A stretch of DNA of 64,000 nucleotides, taken from Spirochaetia bacterium (GTDB taxonomy: Bacteria > Spirochaetota > Spirochaetia > SZUA-6 > Bin103). Every line of letters begins with the position of its first letter. Within the stretch, counting starts at the first letter, position 1. Below are positions 61,877-64,000 of this stretch, in pieces. Position numbers and translations under genes: made by a program. The notes below the pieces were generated by a model. The model was not told the origin of the DNA and made no database searches. It saw nothing but the letters and a program-made list of their open reading frames with translations. Location: contig OZ241907.1 of NCBI GenBank assembly GCA_965203515.1, positions 224,001 to 288,000 on the forward strand. The letters run 5' to 3'.

Positions 61877-64000
61877 ATGGCCAATCACCGACTGAGCGAA
61901 CCGGTCCGCGCCCACTTCACGTACCGCGGCGCGCAACTCGATGAGATTTCGTTTCCCCTCGGCGGGATCGGCTCCGGCTGCATCGGCCTGGCCGGCAACG
62001 GCCGGCTGATCGACTGGGAGATATTCAACCGCCCGAACAAGGGCAGCGTGAACGGCTTCAGCCACTTCGCCGTCAAGGCGGAGCGCGGCGGCGAGGTGGT
62101 CGACGCACGCGTGCTGCACGGCGACCTCACCGGACCGCTCTCCGGCAGCATGCGCACGACGTGGCTGAACAGCTTCGGATTCGGCCCGATGCGCGCCTCC
62201 CTGGGCGGACTGCCCCATTTCAGGCAGGTCGAGTTCGAGGGCACCTTTCCCGTGGCGACGCTCTCCTTCGCCGATGAGCGATTTCCGGGCGCCGTCCTGC
62301 TGCGCGCCTTCAACCCCTTCATTCCGGGCAACGCCGACGATTCCAGCATTCCGGCCGCCTGCTTCGAGCTGCAGGTGGCCAATCCCGGCGGCGGCGACCT
62401 AGACTACACCGCGGCGCTGGCGGTCACCAACCCCGCCGGCGCCGGTCCCGGCGCTCCGGTCAACCGCGCCCGCCTTGACGGCCGGGTCCGGCTTCTCACC
62501 CTGGGCGCCAGCGGCATCGCCGCCGATCATCCGCGCCACGGCGACCTTACCATCGCCACCGACTGCGGCGACGTCAGCTACCAGGAGTACTGGTTTCGCG
62601 GCATGTGGTTCGACGACCTCACCGTCTACTGGCACGACTTCACCGCGCCGGGCGGCTTGGAGAACCGCAGCTACCCGGAGCCGAACCAAGCCGCCGGGGG
62701 CGGCTTCGGCAAGGACGACACCGGCGTGCTGGCGGCACGGGTCCGCGTGCCATCGGGACAGACCCGCGTCGTGCGCTTCGTCCTGACCTGGAGCTACCCC
62801 AACTGCGTCAACTACTGGCACCCGGTGGGAGTCGAGCACGAACAGCGGAGCGAGCCGGCGCCGTCGATCGACGCCGCGGAGTGGCGCAACCACTACGCGA
62901 CGCGGTTCGCCGACTCGGCGGCCAGCGCCGGCTACTGCCTGCGGGAGTGGGAACGGCTGCGGGGCGATACCCTGGCGTTCCGCGACGCGCTGTATGCCGG
63001 CAGCGCTCCGCTGGCGGTCCTCGACGCCGCCGCCGCCACCCTGTCGGTGCTCAAGAGCCCGACCGTGCTGCGGCTGGAGGACGGCACGTTCTACGGGTTC
63101 GAGGGGGTGCGCATCGACCAGGGCTGCTGCGAAGGGAGCTGCACGCACGTCTGGAACTACGCGTACGCGCTGCCGTTCCTGTTCCCGGACCTGGAGCGGT
63201 CGATGCGCGACGCCGACTTCCGCTACAACGCCGGCCCCGACGGCGGCATGACGTTTCGCCTGCAGCTCCCGTTGGGGCGCGAGCGGCTGCGATTCCGGCC
63301 CTGCGCGGACGGCCAGTTCGGCGGCGTGATCAAGGCGTACCGCGACTGGAAGATCAGCGGCGATTCCGAGTGGCTGCGCGGCCACTGGGAGACGATCAAG
63401 CGGAACATCTCCTTCGCCTGGGCGGAGAGCAACCCCGACCGCTGGGACGCCGACCGCGACGGCGTTCTGGAAGGGCGCCAGCACCACACGCTGGACATGG
63501 AGCTGTTCGGCCCCAACTCCTGGCTCACCGGCTTCTACCTGGCTGCGCTGGCGGCGGGGGCCGAGATGGCCGACCACTTCGGCGAGCCCGACACCGCCGC
63601 GGAGTATCGAGCGCTGTTCGCGCGCGGCAAGGACTGGACCGACCGCAACCTGTTCAACGGCGAGTACTACCAGCAGCGGATCGAGCTGGCCGATCGCGCC
63701 ATCCTGCAGGCGTATGCGACCAGCGGCTCGAAGGAGAGCTACCGAGGCGGGCGCAGCGAGGCGTGGAACTACTGGGACGCCGAGCACGGCCAGATCAAGT
63801 ATCAGGTCGGCGAGGGGTGCGGGATAGATCAGGTGCTGGCGCAGTGGCACGCCAACATCTGCGGACTCGGCGAGATATTCGACCGCGACCGGACCCGATC
63901 CGCGCTGGCGGCCATCTTCCGCTACAACTTCAAGCGCTCGTTCCGGGAGCACTTCAACCCGGCGCGGCTGTACGCGGTCGATGACGAGGCCGGCGCCATC
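61877..64000 (+). CDS. GH116-family (GBA2-like) beta-glycosidase, 3'-partial
   Basis: Not in the ORF track because it has no stop in the window. ATG 61877 after SD AGGAG; reads ISFPLGGIGSG.I.L.G.GRL.DWEIFN, FPVA, AFNPFIP..A.DS..P, GFEG...GCCEGSCTHVWNY, ADGQ.G, DG..EG.QH.TLD, FNGEYY. Confidence 0.85.
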   Translation, partial: MANHRLSEPVRAHFTYRGAQLDEISFPLGGIGSGCIGLAGNGRLIDWEIFNRPNKGSVNGFSHFAVKAERGGEVVDARVLHGDLTGPLSGSMRTTWLNSFGFGPMRASLGGLPHFRQVEFEGTFPVATLSFADERFPGAVLLRAFNPFIPGNADDSSIPAACFELQVANPGGGDLDYTAALAVTNPAGAGPGAPVNRARLDGRVRLLTLGASGIAADHPRHGDLTIATDCGDVSYQEYWFRGMWFDDLTVYWHDFTAPGGLENRSYPEPNQAAGGGFGKDDTGVLAARVRVPSGQTRVVRFVLTWSYPNCVNYWHPVGVEHEQRSEPAPSIDAAEWRNHYATRFADSAASAGYCLREWERLRGDTLAFRDALYAGSAPLAVLDAAAATLSVLKSPTVLRLEDGTFYGFEGVRIDQGCCEGSCTHVWNYAYALPFLFPDLERSMRDADFRYNAGPDGGMTFRLQLPLGRERLRFRPCADGQFGGVIKAYRDWKISGDSEWLRGHWETIKRNISFAWAESNPDRWDADRDGVLEGRQHHTLDMELFGPNSWLTGFYLAALAAGAEMADHFGEPDTAAEYRALFARGKDWTDRNLFNGEYYQQRIELADRAILQAYATSGSKESYRGGRSEAWNYWDAEHGQIKYQVGEGCGIDQVLAQWHANICGLGEIFDRDRTRSALAAIFRYNFKRSFREHFNPARLYAVDDEAGAI

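Overview
High-GC (roughly 70% by eye) bacterial chromosomal segment, densely coding, with about 45 genes and one tRNA-Gln(CTG). Housekeeping and metabolic genes include proS, aceE/aceF, hemL, a form II coxSLM-like molybdenum hydroxylase, a proXWV-type betaine ABC transporter, thiolase, acyl-CoA dehydrogenase, an M16 peptidase, a sulfatase and a partial GH116. Six PhyH-like Fe(II)/2OG dioxygenases are scattered through the window, plus an ankyrin protein. That profile suggests a marine invertebrate (sponge-type) symbiont, but this is inference only. DNA-metabolism and defence content: an EndoQ(PHP)-UvrD fusion heading a tightly coupled operon with a dioxygenase and a nucleoside 2-deoxyribosyltransferase/N-hydrolase; an apparently intact Type III R-M pair beside a 5'-truncated hipA; and an orphan MT-A70 methyltransferase that keeps only the last ~22 codons of a probable partner restriction enzyme. 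Intergenic regions hold further scars absent from the ORF track: a frameshifted HNH nuclease, a solo IS3-like end and a possible DUF6036 remnant. Many genes have a -10 box only 5-9 nt before the start codon, which suggests leaderless transcripts. No CRISPR array, rRNA, integrase or intact transposase was seen. All product calls come from motif recognition by eye, not database searches.
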